DNA of 63,220 bases, the filler included, from Lenisia limosa (lineage: Eukaryota > Protista > Breviatea), in the NCBI GenBank assembly GCA_001655205.1. It is 18 parts of 18 records of this genome, joined end to end, with 100 filler letters (N's around TTAATTAATTAA, not from the genome) between each part and the next. Parts side by side here need not be neighbours in the genome. Positions count along the whole stretch, not along the records: positions 38,553 to 41,335 come from LPNZ01011231.1; positions 41,436 to 44,820 come from LPNZ01008373.1; positions 44,921 to 46,025 come from LPNZ01005474.1; positions 46,126 to 47,624 come from LPNZ01007255.1; positions 47,725 to 49,250 come from LPNZ01002791.1; 13 more parts are not named here. One strand, given 5' to 3'. The notes below the pieces were generated by a model. It had not been told where the DNA came from. It saw only the letters and a list, made by a program, of their open reading frames with translations, and did not search any database. The position numbers and the translations under genes are program-made. Shown piece after piece: positions 38,594-49,350 of the stretch (position 1 is the first letter of the stretch; each line of letters opens with the position of its first letter).

Positions 38594-41135
38594 CTCGAGA
38601 TACTGACATGCCGGAAAAGGTAAGAACTTCGTTGTATTGGGTTTTTTTTAATCGTTTTGCTTTTTTGCCCTTTTATTCGAAATGAGTTTACCTTTTTGAG
38701 TTTTCGTAAAATGGTTTATTTATCATATTTTTTTTTTAATTAATTTCAGCCACTCCTGGGGCCGCGCGAGGTAGTCAACCAAATGACCATGCTCTTGGCC
38801 CTTCTTGGTCCGCCGCCGGNNNNNNNNNNNNNNNNNNNNNNNNNNNNNNNNNNNNNNNNNNNNNNNNNNNNNNNNNNNNNNNNNNNNNNNNNNNNNNNNN
38901 NNNNNNNNNNNNNNNNNNNNNNNNNNNNNNNNNNNNNNNNNNNNNNNNNNCATTGAAACCAAAGACAGGCTGTCTGCGCCGTCTTATGGCGACTCCTCCA
39001 CCAACCATGTTTATGACAGGTTTGCCTTTTGGGCTTTTTTGTTTTCTGTTTCCTAACTTTTCCATTTTACTCCCCTACACCAACCATTTTCGTAACAAGT
39101 TTGCTCCCCATCTCTTTCACTTCTCTCCCGATTATTTCCATGTTTATGACAGGTTTGTTCGCTGGAGTGGTGGGATACAGTGCTACAGAAGCGACTGGCC
39201 NNNNNNNNNNNNNNNNNNNNNNNNNNNNNNNNNNNNNNNNNNNNNNNNNNNNNNNNNNNNNNNNNNNATTAATTTTTCTTCGTTTACCCCTCTCCCCCCA
39301 GGTTCATGCGGCGAATGAAAGACTCGACCCCAGGTATTGAAGTAGAAAGCAAGGTTTTTTACCAGGTAAGTTGAGAGAGCATTTATATTTATTTATAGTA
39401 TTTGAATGGGTGTTTTATCAGGGGGCTAAATGCCATCAAAAAAATATATGCTCGTCTCTTGCACACATTCTCATATTTGTGACTGAATGCCGTAAATAAA
39501 AAAAAAAGACACTCTTTTCTCACACTCTCACTCACATTTGTTCAGTTTGGAGAATCCACGATTGGGTCACCGGTCTTCTACTACATTGCAAGGAGGTAGG
39601 AGGGGATTGGCCTAATAAATATCGGTTGGTTCTGCTTAGTGTCAGTTCTTTCTCCCGTACGCTGGATAACACCCCATCCCCCCAGGCTAAAATCGTCTTC
39701 CTTCGACACAGACGCGCTGTTCTACCACCTGTTGACGTCTGTGACCATAGGGTTCACCAGACAAATCGAGGTGGTTGTTGACCTGTCACTCTTCAGAGAC
39801 GTGAGAGGGGGGGGGGGGGNNNNNNNNNNNNNNNNNNNNNNNNNNNNNNNNNNNNNNNNNNNNNNNNNNNNNNNNNNNNNNNNNNNNNNNNNNNNNNNNN
39901 NNNNNNNNNNNNNNNNNNNNTTTTTTTTATAGTTTCAATGGAGACTTTACTGCAGCAACTTTATTTTCTTACAACCCAGGAGCATGAAATCCCCGATGCT
40001 TGGATCAAAACCTTCATGAACTTGATACCCCTCCAGTAAGCCTTGGTTTTGCTATGACGATAACAAATGCAATATAAGTTCATGATGGTTTGCTATTCTG
40101 TGTGCACACCTGTATATTGCTATATTAAAACTGTTGGTAATCACACTTCTGCTTCTAAAACTTATCTTTCCCCCAACCAGCTTTGATTTGTATCATTTTC
40201 TCTCTCTCTCCCTNNNNNNNNNNNNNNNNNNNNNNNNNNNNNNNNNNNNNNNNNNNNNNNNNNNNNNNNNNNNNNNNNNNNNNNNNNNNNNNNNNNNNNN
40301 NNNNNNNNNNNNNNCCCATTTCAAGAGATATGCGTAAGTTGAAGTCTTTTTTTTTTCTTGAGAAATAATTACGACTCTGTGCAATTAAATATTTGAAGAA
40401 ATTAATTGACAAAAATTGAAATTAAAGTGTCTGAAATTGACTTCACAATACAATATGTCTAACTTCAAATTTTGCAATTAATATTGCAATTAATTGCACG
40501 AAGCCCTAGAAATAATATATTTAGAAACCTCGGGAAACAAATAAATACATAGGGACACCATAAACAAATTACCATGCATTGACCGAGGCAAGTCTTGGCC
40601 GATATATTATACTGACCTCAATAAGTCCTGACACCGATTTGAGCTTAATCTTAAGTCAATCGTATCAGGACTTATCGTGGTCACTCTTTATGCTGAAAGG
40701 ATCCTCTAATGGTGCTTCAGATTATCTTGTTGCTTTGTACAATTAATATAGTATATATATCCTTTAAAACAAAACTATTGGACAATAATCTTCACTTTGG
40801 TTTTAAAACTAATGATTGGTTGAATTATTATTGCATCATCATAATCAATAATAATCCTAAAACAAATAATCTCAAAACAAATAAATAATCATAAAACAAA
40901 TAATCCAGAAGATGGTGTAAAGCTCATGATCGGGTAAATACTACTGCATCAGCATCAGTATCATCATCATCAAATTAATGTTAATATAATCCTAAAACAA
41001 AACAACCATTGGACCTACCTGACTTCAACCAGCAAGCAGAAACTAGCCCGACTTCTCCCCTCGCGAGTGACCCGGAACTTTATTGTTGTGACTGGCCTGG
41101 AGAACCTCAAGGAGCTCGTGCCGAAATGTGACAAG
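38594..41135 (+). CDS. NF1: Neurofibromin: end of RasGAP region plus Sec14 (CRAL-TRIO) domain fragment
   Basis: NQMTMLLALLGPP (cf. DKMATLLAYLGPP); GESTIGSPVFYYIAR|RLKSSSFDTDALFYHLLTSV..IEVVVDLS (cf. [38 protein letters not shown]). Confidence 0.9.
40379..40508. mobile_element. AT-rich MITE-like element with GTGCAATTAA...TTAATTGCAC inverted termini; relatives at 35887-35928 and 54594-54693
   Basis: Inverted repeats visible; right end GAAGCCCTA/GAAGTCCTA shared with the previous family. Confidence 0.5.
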
Positions 41136-41529
41136 GTTGGTGCTTTATGATATCTATTATAGAGATTTTAGCAAAAATATGGAATTTTGTATTTTGCCTG
41201 TGATGGGTTTCAGTTATCTTCACCGTTGATCTTACTTTTTGTTCATCTTTTGCCAGCATACATATCAACATATCATACATTAGATAAGCTACAACGTGGG
41301 GGGTAATGGGTGAGGTGGGATGCGGGGCTGCAGAANNNNNNNNNNNNNNNNNNNNNNNNNNNNNNNNNNNNNNNNNNNNTTAATTAATTAANNNNNNNNN
41401 NNNNNNNNNNNNNNNNNNNNNNNNNNNNNNNNNNNTAGATATTTCATGGGGGGGGGGGTAAACATTAACAAGGCAAATTAAACACCCTTAATGAAATATA
41501 ATCACAAGTTTCGAAGATGACGAGCCTAC

Positions 41530-43521
41530 CTGGACGCTTTTGACAGCCTTGATGAGTTCTCTTCTCTCGAGGTTCTGGAGGATCTTGAGCAGTGCTGCCT
41601 GAAGGGGTCAATAGACGTGTCAACACAGGAGTCAGGCCAAGCCGGAGTGGGGGAATGTCAAACTAACCTTCTCGGATGTACATGCATCTGATAGAGGGGA
41701 TGTGTGATAGATATTGAAGGAACAACAGAAGAAGTAAATATTTCACAACAGGTAAAGATGAGAGGAATTGTGATCATTACCGGACGGGAAGTTAACCCCA
41801 ACCCCCCATGCTCACTTGCTGCACCCCTGTTTTAATACGAATGTCACGTGACCAGATACCCTAAAGGGGTAACTCGAAATATGGCAGGAATGGGATGCTA
41901 AAATGTCTTAACTGAATAGAGCTGGAAAATGAGGCCAAGAGCGGACTGTTTTGGTTTAAGGCAAGAAACCCCCCTCCCTTCGCTTTAGAATTGTTATCAA
42001 CAAAAAAGGTACAAATCGCAGAAATCGCCTTCTTATACGAGACACTGCCTCCTCGTATTGTGTTAAATGAGACGCTTCCTCCTCGTATTGTGTTACACGA
42101 GACGCTGCCTCCTCGTATTTTAATATGAAACAGTCTATTATGGTTTTGTACCCCTATCTGTACCTTGTTTTTGACGCTGCTCACAACTTCATAGACCATC
42201 TTTTCGGGATTTCCGAGACCCTGCATCCTGGATGGCGGTGATGGGAATATATAATATAACGGGGCTGATAGGAATGTATAATGGACCCCAAATTCTATGT
42301 ACCTGGGAAATAAGAGGAATGAACATCATACCCTCGTTTTTATATTTTATGTGTTTACAAGTTATGAATTTGGTGATAGCTGTTTATGGTAAATTTCCGA
42401 TAAATGGTCCTAAATATATATCAGGCAGTCTAAGAGGGATATATGAGGTGATAGGAATATAATGGGGTAACAGGAATGTAAAATGCGTACACGGTACCCC
42501 TGGCCACTTTTTTGAGATTGCTGGCGGTACAGCAATGTAGAGGCAGTAGCCATGGCTGTTTTGGTGCACTGAAAGACGATGCTATAGGGGGGTAAAAATA
42601 GATGTAACTCATCAGTATATACCGAGAGCATCAAAAACTTAGTCATTATAAGAAATAAATGGCTACCCCAACCCAATGCCAAGCCATCAACTCACAAACA
42701 TAAATTTCAAGAGAGTACTTCGGTACAAAAAAACAGAGCATTACTCAATAAATTCTTGATAAATGATATCTTTTATCCAGTTTTTTTTAAAACAGAGTGG
42801 AATCCAAATGCAGCTCTAACATACCGTGTCAAGAAGGCGCTGGAGCGCAGCATGTTTTTGATCTAGGGGCAGGTTGAGCTCCTTATCTACAATGGCATCT
42901 GTAGCACCCTAGAATACAGTAATGGAATCTATGGATACCNNNNNNNNNNNNNNNNNNNNNNNNNNNNNNNNNNNNGGAAAATTTATGAAAGAAAAACAAA
43001 GCCCAAAATAAACTCTGTTGGCTGGTAAAAAATGAGGGTTGAAAACAACAAAATAATCAAAGCCCAGGCCAGTAGCTTCTGCAGGATAGAGGGGGAGGGG
43101 GGGGGGGGANNNNNNNNNNNNNNNNNNNNNNNNNNNNNNNNNNNNNNNNNNNNNNNNNNNNNNNNNNGAATATATTATTAATAACGAGAAAAGATGTCGA
43201 ATTCGCCTGATACTTTAGATAATAAGGAGTCAAAATGAGTTCTCAATGTTCGATTGATGAACGTAAGGATATTCACCAAATATTTGAAAAGGAAAAATAT
43301 GAAAATGGGATTTGATATTTCACTCCATATGAATGAATATACACGAGGGTTAATCCCATCATAGTTTCATAGTAATGTAAAAGTATCATATCACGAAAAC
43401 TGAACAAACGAAGACAACCACATCAGTTTCCTTTGATTCACATATAGTTCACCAAACCCACTTGCTCGCTCTTGTTGCAGATCTCCCAGAACTTGTCCGC
43501 AATGTCATCAGGAGACGACAT
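41530..43521 (-). CDS. POLR3F: RNA polymerase III subunit RPC34/RPC6, 5' part
   Basis: MSSPDDIADKFWEIC..|GATDAIVDKEL..QKHAALQRLLDT ... MQGLGNPEKMVYEVVSSVKNK|GIWSRDIRIKTGVQQ|AALLKILQNLERRELIKAVKSVQ. Confidence 0.92.
42039..42120. repeat. 30-bp tandem repeat x~2.7 (GAGAC.CT.CCTCCTCGTATTGTGTTA...) in a POLR3F intron
   Basis: Three near-identical starts at 42039, 42069, 42099. Confidence 0.9.
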
Positions 43522-43862
43522 GGTACTATAGAGCTTCTTGTGATCACAGGTGAGGGAGTCTGATGTCACATTCAAAGGTAGGTGTTCTAACTCGGATTTA
43601 TCAATGCTAAGTGAACGTACTAGTAATTATAGCTGATGTTATGGTGGAAGAGGTTTGCAGAGGCGGCTATTGAGAGCTTAAAAGGGATGGATCAGGGCTA
43701 ATTTCGTAATTTGCTTTTATAGCTCGAAACCAGTTCACTAATGGCCTTTTACGTAGTGTTGTTATCAGATATATGTATACACCTACTCATTAAAAACGGA
43801 ACTTACCCGTTTAGCTCCTAGTTTCCCGCGGTCATTCCTCTGTTTCCTCCTGGTACCACATC

Positions 43863-44744
43863 ATGGGCAAAGGCGATGGAAGAGGACTGGCTAAGTCACT
43901 CAACACCTCTGGTGGTAAGAACCGCTACAAGTTCAAGTCCAGTGCCAAGCAGATCGAAGAACTGGAGGCTTCTGCCTTCCGTCGTGTCGACTACTTCGCG
44001 TTCCATCAAGACAAAAAAGTTTCTGAAGGGTTGGTTTGGGAATTTGTGGCTTCCCCCTCTACCCTCCCTTTCTTTTCTTTATTTAGCATGGTTTGCTGTG
44101 AAGGCATTATAAGGGTTTATGGGATAGTGCAGCTAATGGTGCGTTGTTTTGTTACATAGGGTGTAAATATACACATGAAAGGGCTGGTGTTATTTGCATC
44201 ATGTTTTCTTAGCAAGCATATTTGAATCTTCTCTTCTTAGGCAGTTTTTGAATCCACTTTTTGCATCTTCTTTCAGCGTTTCTCCTCTCATTCAGAGTGT
44301 TATTGGGGTGTATCATACATTTATTCACTGGAGATTTAGGATTAGCGTAGTATGTTACTTTAAATGATGTTTTTAAGATCGTTCCTCACTTTTTTTTTTT
44401 GTGACANNNNNNNNNNNNNNNNNNNNNNNNNNNNNNNNNNNNNNNNNNNNNNNNNNNNNNNNNNNNNNNNNNNNNNNNNNNNNNNNNNNNNNNNNNNNNN
44501 NNNNNNNNNNNNNNNNNNNNNNNNNNNNNNNNNNNNNNNNNNNNNNNNNNNNNNNNNNNNNNNNNNNNNNNNNNNNNNNNNNNNNNNNNNNNNNNNNNNN
44601 NNNNNNNNNNNNNNNNNNNNNNNNNNNNNNNNNNNNNNNAATAAGATTTTTACTCCATGTATGCCAAACTTAGCCCGGTTTCTGTGTTCAGTCAAAAGAC
44701 TTGACTTGGGATTTGTTTAGTAAGATAAATTTCCTTTGTTACAC
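43863..44744 (+). CDS. UTP20: Probable U3 snoRNP/SSU processome component Utp20, N-terminus
   Basis: MGKG...KNRYKFKSSAKQIEELEASAFRRVD resembles the Utp20 N-terminal RYRF/YSSF..RI..L.I...R motif; divergent from POLR3F. Only a short region supports the call. Confidence 0.55.
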
Positions 44745-44934
44745 GTACGCTGGAGTGAGATGTAGCAGAAGCGACTGGCTCTGGTTTTGTTTGTTTTTTT
44801 GTTATCAGCCCTCGTATGTTNNNNNNNNNNNNNNNNNNNNNNNNNNNNNNNNNNNNNNNNNNNNTTAATTAATTAANNNNNNNNNNNNNNNNNNNNNNNN
44901 NNNNNNNNNNNNNNNNNNNNCCCCCCCCCCCCAG

Positions 44935-45713
44935 GTATCCTCAGAATGGAGCCTCTTATGACGCTGGAAAGACTGCAAATGCTCACAGATATGCTTGAAA
45001 ACGACAACCAGGATGTGAGTTCAAGTAAAGATAAATCCTCGATAAATTTCTGAAAATCCTCGACGAAATATCCCCTTATCTAGCTCAATATCAGGTCTTC
45101 TCTTAGTCAGAGCATATTTTATTGAAGATTCAACATTACTTAACCTGTTTTGATTTTTTTTTTAGATTCGAACCTACATCCACGGTATATTGTTTTCAAT
45201 ACTCTCGCGGGTTAAGGTGGGAGAAGGGTGAAACAGCAGCTTACTTTCTTCTTGTTGTTATTCTTCTTGTTGTTATTCTTTCTTCTTGCTTCTTCTTGCT
45301 TCTTCTTCTTCTTTTATTTCTTCAATTAATACTCTATTTGTTTTACAATGTCCATTTTGGGCTTACGTTGTTTCATAACTTTTCCATCATATAACCTCCA
45401 CACCCCTCACAGGTTAGGGAGGCGGCGCGTGCTATGGGACTTGCAGCCATCCTTGAAGCCATGCAGGATGTTAGGGGGTCCAGAAATAAAATTTTCCAAT
45501 ATTACCGTTTTGTCATCTAGTTTTTGTCAAGTTTTAGCGTTGTTTGCTTGTGTTTGTTATGCTTGTTTTTTTGTTTATTTGGAGACACCAATATTCTTAT
45601 TCAAAACTTCCTTCGTCTTACCCCCCCCCTCCAAGATGGCGGACTCGAACAGTAGTCGGCACATTGACTTTATACTGGACCAACTTCGTCTTGAGGAGCC
45701 CGACAGGGATGCT
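44935..45713 (+). CDS. ARMC9: LisH/armadillo-repeat ciliary protein ARMC9, C-terminal ARM fragment
   Basis: LTDMLENDNQD|IRTYIHGILFSILSRVK|VREAARAMGLAAILEAMQD|MADSNSSRHIDFILDQL matches ARMC9 [49 protein letters not shown]. Confidence 0.88.
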
Positions 45714-46125
45714 GTGGGGGGGGGTGGCTATCTAGTATAGCAATGAGAAATATAAAGTAAGGTTGTATCTGGCCGGAGTCGTTCACATCATCACGCTAAT
45801 AAGAGATATTGGATTATAGTATAATATTAATTCACCCAATCATTTGCCTTACAACTCTATGCACACAGTTTTCTGTGTAATATCAGAAAAAAGTCAGGTC
45901 TACATTTATCTATATTGCATGCACGGCTTAACTTCGGTTCGAAAAGGCCGTAATATCATATCATATTTCTACTCTATATCATTCAACAATCACACTATAA
46001 AAGTACCTAATAGTATACATGGTGTNNNNNNNNNNNNNNNNNNNNNNNNNNNNNNNNNNNNNNNNNNNNTTAATTAATTAANNNNNNNNNNNNNNNNNNN
46101 NNNNNNNNNNNNNNNNNNNNNNNNN

Positions 46126-47048
46126 CTCTTGCAGCCAGAACGTCTGGATATTGCGGTGCTGATCTGCAGAGGTTGGGGGGGGGGGCTATAATTATGAACA
46201 ACTTCAGGGTGGTTGTCGGATATTTACGCCTTTACCCCTAAAATAGTCTATTTTACACTTAAGTTGACTGTTCTTTCCCGCTCTCCCAAAAATTGACCAT
46301 TCTTACCCTGGCCCCAAATTCCCGATTCTTACCCCCCCAGATTCTCGGTTCACCCTTCTCCTCTTAAATTCTTCATTTCACACCTAAATTGGTTTTGTCA
46401 CTTAACCAAAAACTGTCCCGGTCATGCTCCCCTTTTCCCCTTAATCCCTCCAGTCTCTGCACCGAAGCCGCACTGGGCTCTTTCCGTCGTACCTTCCCTC
46501 AGGCCTTCACCTCGGACTCAGCATGCGGAATTGACGTGGACTTGCTCAAGGTCGAGCCCATGGNNNNNNNNNNNNNNNNNNNNNNNNNNNNNNNNNNNNN
46601 NNNNNNNNNNNNNNNNNNNNNNNNNNNNNNNNNNNNNNNNNNNNNNNNNNNNNNNTGGGCGGCTGCTTTGAAGAATGTGGGTGGGGGCTGTTTTTACGCT
46701 TTTATGTTTGGTGGGGTTTTCTGTGTTTTTCCGGGGTTTTCTGTGTTTATCTTAAAGTATGAGGACTTGTGTGTGTGGGGGGGGGGTGCAATCATTGAAA
46801 GGGTGATAATAACATACATGTAGTATACATATGATACCATATGTAACTGGTCAAAACAAAAGGTGAGACAATGTTGATAATATTCCTGGGCAAGGTGTTT
46901 TAGGGTGGTGTCTACACTACCCCCTTTATATTCCACTTTCAATCTCATTTTCCAGGTGGTTCCAACTACAAAACGAACAGACGCTTCAACAGGCCGCCCC
47001 CTTCCCCCTTCGTTACAGGCGCTTTTCTCGGCCGAATTGAACGACCTT
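46126..47048 (+). CDS. ATAD2: ATAD2/Yta7-like AAA+ ATPase fragment (end of first AAA domain)
   Basis: SGYCGADLQ|.LCTEAALGSFRRTFPQAFTSDS..IDVDLLKV...WAAALKN|VVPTTKR parallels ATAD2 GYCGADIKSICAEAALCALRRRYPQIY..MIPASQR. Confidence 0.8.
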
Positions 47049-47724
47049 GTGGGCACTTTTTATTTGAGCATTATTAAAAACATAGAATACTACAACTCCT
47101 CGTCAATACAATACGAAAAAAAAAAAAAAAAAAAANNNNNNNNNNNNNNNNNNNNNNNNNNNNNNNNNNNNNNNNNNNNNNNNNNNNNNNNNNNNNNNNN
47201 NNNNNNNNNNNNNNNNNNNNNNNNNNNNNNNNNNNNNNNNNNNCGTTTGCAAACAATATTTCTTTTCAAAATAATATAATAAAAAAACTCATATATTTGC
47301 ATCCTAGAAAAAGAAAATATCTGTTTTTCTGTTCCCCTAGATTCTACACCTTCTCTTTCAGTTCCATACGGATAAAATATCGATATTCTTTGGGGATTTA
47401 TCGAGAATTCCGTCTTTTTGAAACCGAAAATGAAGCTCTACTCTAATTAGTGTAGATTATTCTTACTCGCAACAAATATCTGTCATTCAAAATGGGAAAT
47501 TAATAAAAACAAGGGAATACCACAAAGACTGCTCCCGTATTCTCACAAACATAGAAAAAGAAAAGTCTTGAGTTAGTTCCAATGCTCTCTGCTGAGGGGA
47601 AGAAGTCCTTTGAAGAACTGCAGGNNNNNNNNNNNNNNNNNNNNNNNNNNNNNNNNNNNNNNNNNNNNTTAATTAATTAANNNNNNNNNNNNNNNNNNNN
47701 NNNNNNNNNNNNNNNNNNNNNNNN

Positions 47725-48733
47725 CTCCTGGGAGGGTCTGAATTTGGCCCTTCAGCCCCGCTACTGAGCAAGCTACCCAAAATGACTGCCAAAAGCAAGC
47801 ACTGTGAGTGGTGCTCAATCGAAATGTTCCTCGTTTTATATGGGATGCGGTGCTGCAGAAGCGACTGACCTGGGCTTTGTTTGTGTTGTTGTTATCAACC
47901 CTCGTGTGTTGGCAGCCAACAGAGTTGATTCGGGCTTTTTTGTTTCATGAATTGTGCATTCTTACCCCCCCACCCACCGCAGCCAAGCAATTTAAGCTGG
48001 TGATTGAATCGGTTGTGACGCTCCTGCACTGGTCGGCAGTGAAGGAATTAGACATTTCCTTCGCCTTTGATGACGCCTCTCTTTCGAGGTCCGCGGGGTA
48101 TATTTTCCAATTTTTCGCTCGGGCTTGTTTTTGTGTGTTTTGTCATCTGGCTTTTGTCTAGTTTTAGCGTTGGTTGCATGTGTTTGTTATTGCTTGTTTT
48201 TTTTTTTGGAGTTTCAGATTATTCGGTTCGTGATTAGTACCCTTACACCTATATTGCTCATCGAAATTTCCTTCGATTTACTCCCCCCCCCAGACAAGAT
48301 AGCGAGTCAGCAGGTCACCAAAATCGACCGTTCCGCCCTTTTCCCTACCAACGACCTGCCAAAATGGTGCAGCACTTTGTTCCTGTTCGAAGAAAGTGGG
48401 GACTGGGTTATGGCGAGGGCTTCACTCTTGTCCGGACTAAGAAAGTTGTTTAGTTTTCTAAAAAAGATAAAATATCAGTTTTGGAGGATTTATCGAAAAT
48501 ATCAGTCTTATTTTCAAACCGAAGAGAAGAGTTGATGGTTTTTATATAGATATATAGATCATGATTTCTTTGAACTAATCTGTATATTCTCACCAAAACT
48601 TTCCCCTCTTCTTACATTGGAAATGTATCTGACCTTACACTCAAGACTTTCGCTACTCATACCATGGCTTCTTTGTGACGCTCTTGGTAGTAACGTGCAA
48701 TCCATTCGCTATGTTGCTCTCAGCGGCTTGGCA
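47725..48733 (+). CDS. Unassigned helical/HEAT-like protein fragment
   Basis: Exons KQFKLVIESVVTLLHWSAVKELDISF and LIPWLLCDALGSNVQSIRYVALSGLA. Confidence 0.4.
48089..48293 (+). mobile_element. Intronic repeat family A, ending at the acceptor; other copies 11823-11963, 38040-38090, 45508-45635, 60724-60900(-)
   Basis: Shared core GGGCTTGTTTTTG..GTCATCTGGCTTTTGTCTAGTTTTAGCGTTGGTTGC..ATTATTCGGTTCGTGATTAGTACCTTTAC..ATCGAAATTTCCTTC..C-run..AG. Confidence 0.8.
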
Positions 48734-49350
48734 GTGGGGGGGGGGTTGTAATACTCTCGTTTTTGTATAATTTATGTATATTATATCATAGTATTATATT
48801 ATATCGATATCTTTAACAAGTGAATATTTGGATACTATTATATCATAGGTAGTGGGGAGTGTGGACAATTGTATGAAAAAAAAGCATTCAACTCTGTTGG
48901 CTGACAACACATGAGCTATCATAGTCGAAGAAGAAAGGAAGTGATAGGTTTCAACAGAGAAATAAAATAATCCATCTCTTAACTTTCATACAAGACACAA
49001 AACATGTTTCAAAATCAATGTTTTTGAACTAACAACACGTTCTCAGTTGCAAAACCTCAATAACCAGTGGAATAAAACAAAGCCCTCAATCGTGGGGGAA
49101 CTATTGTGTTTCAATAAAACCAATAAATCTATAAGTATGGATGTAATCGTTGTTTGAGAGCTGGAAATAATGTGATATCTCATAATTTGGGCTTCACTTC
49201 GGTCCGGTCCTTATAAGAGTGGTTGTTCTGCTCCGCCCACCCCCAGGTTCNNNNNNNNNNNNNNNNNNNNNNNNNNNNNNNNNNNNNNNNNNNNTTAATT
49301 AATTAANNNNNNNNNNNNNNNNNNNNNNNNNNNNNNNNNNNNNNNNNNNN

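Noticed and set aside
38750-38819. CMGC kinase subdomain (PLLGPREVVNQMTMLLALLGPP)
   Set aside because: Better explained as NF1 (DKMATLLAYLGPP), given the downstream Sec14 exons.
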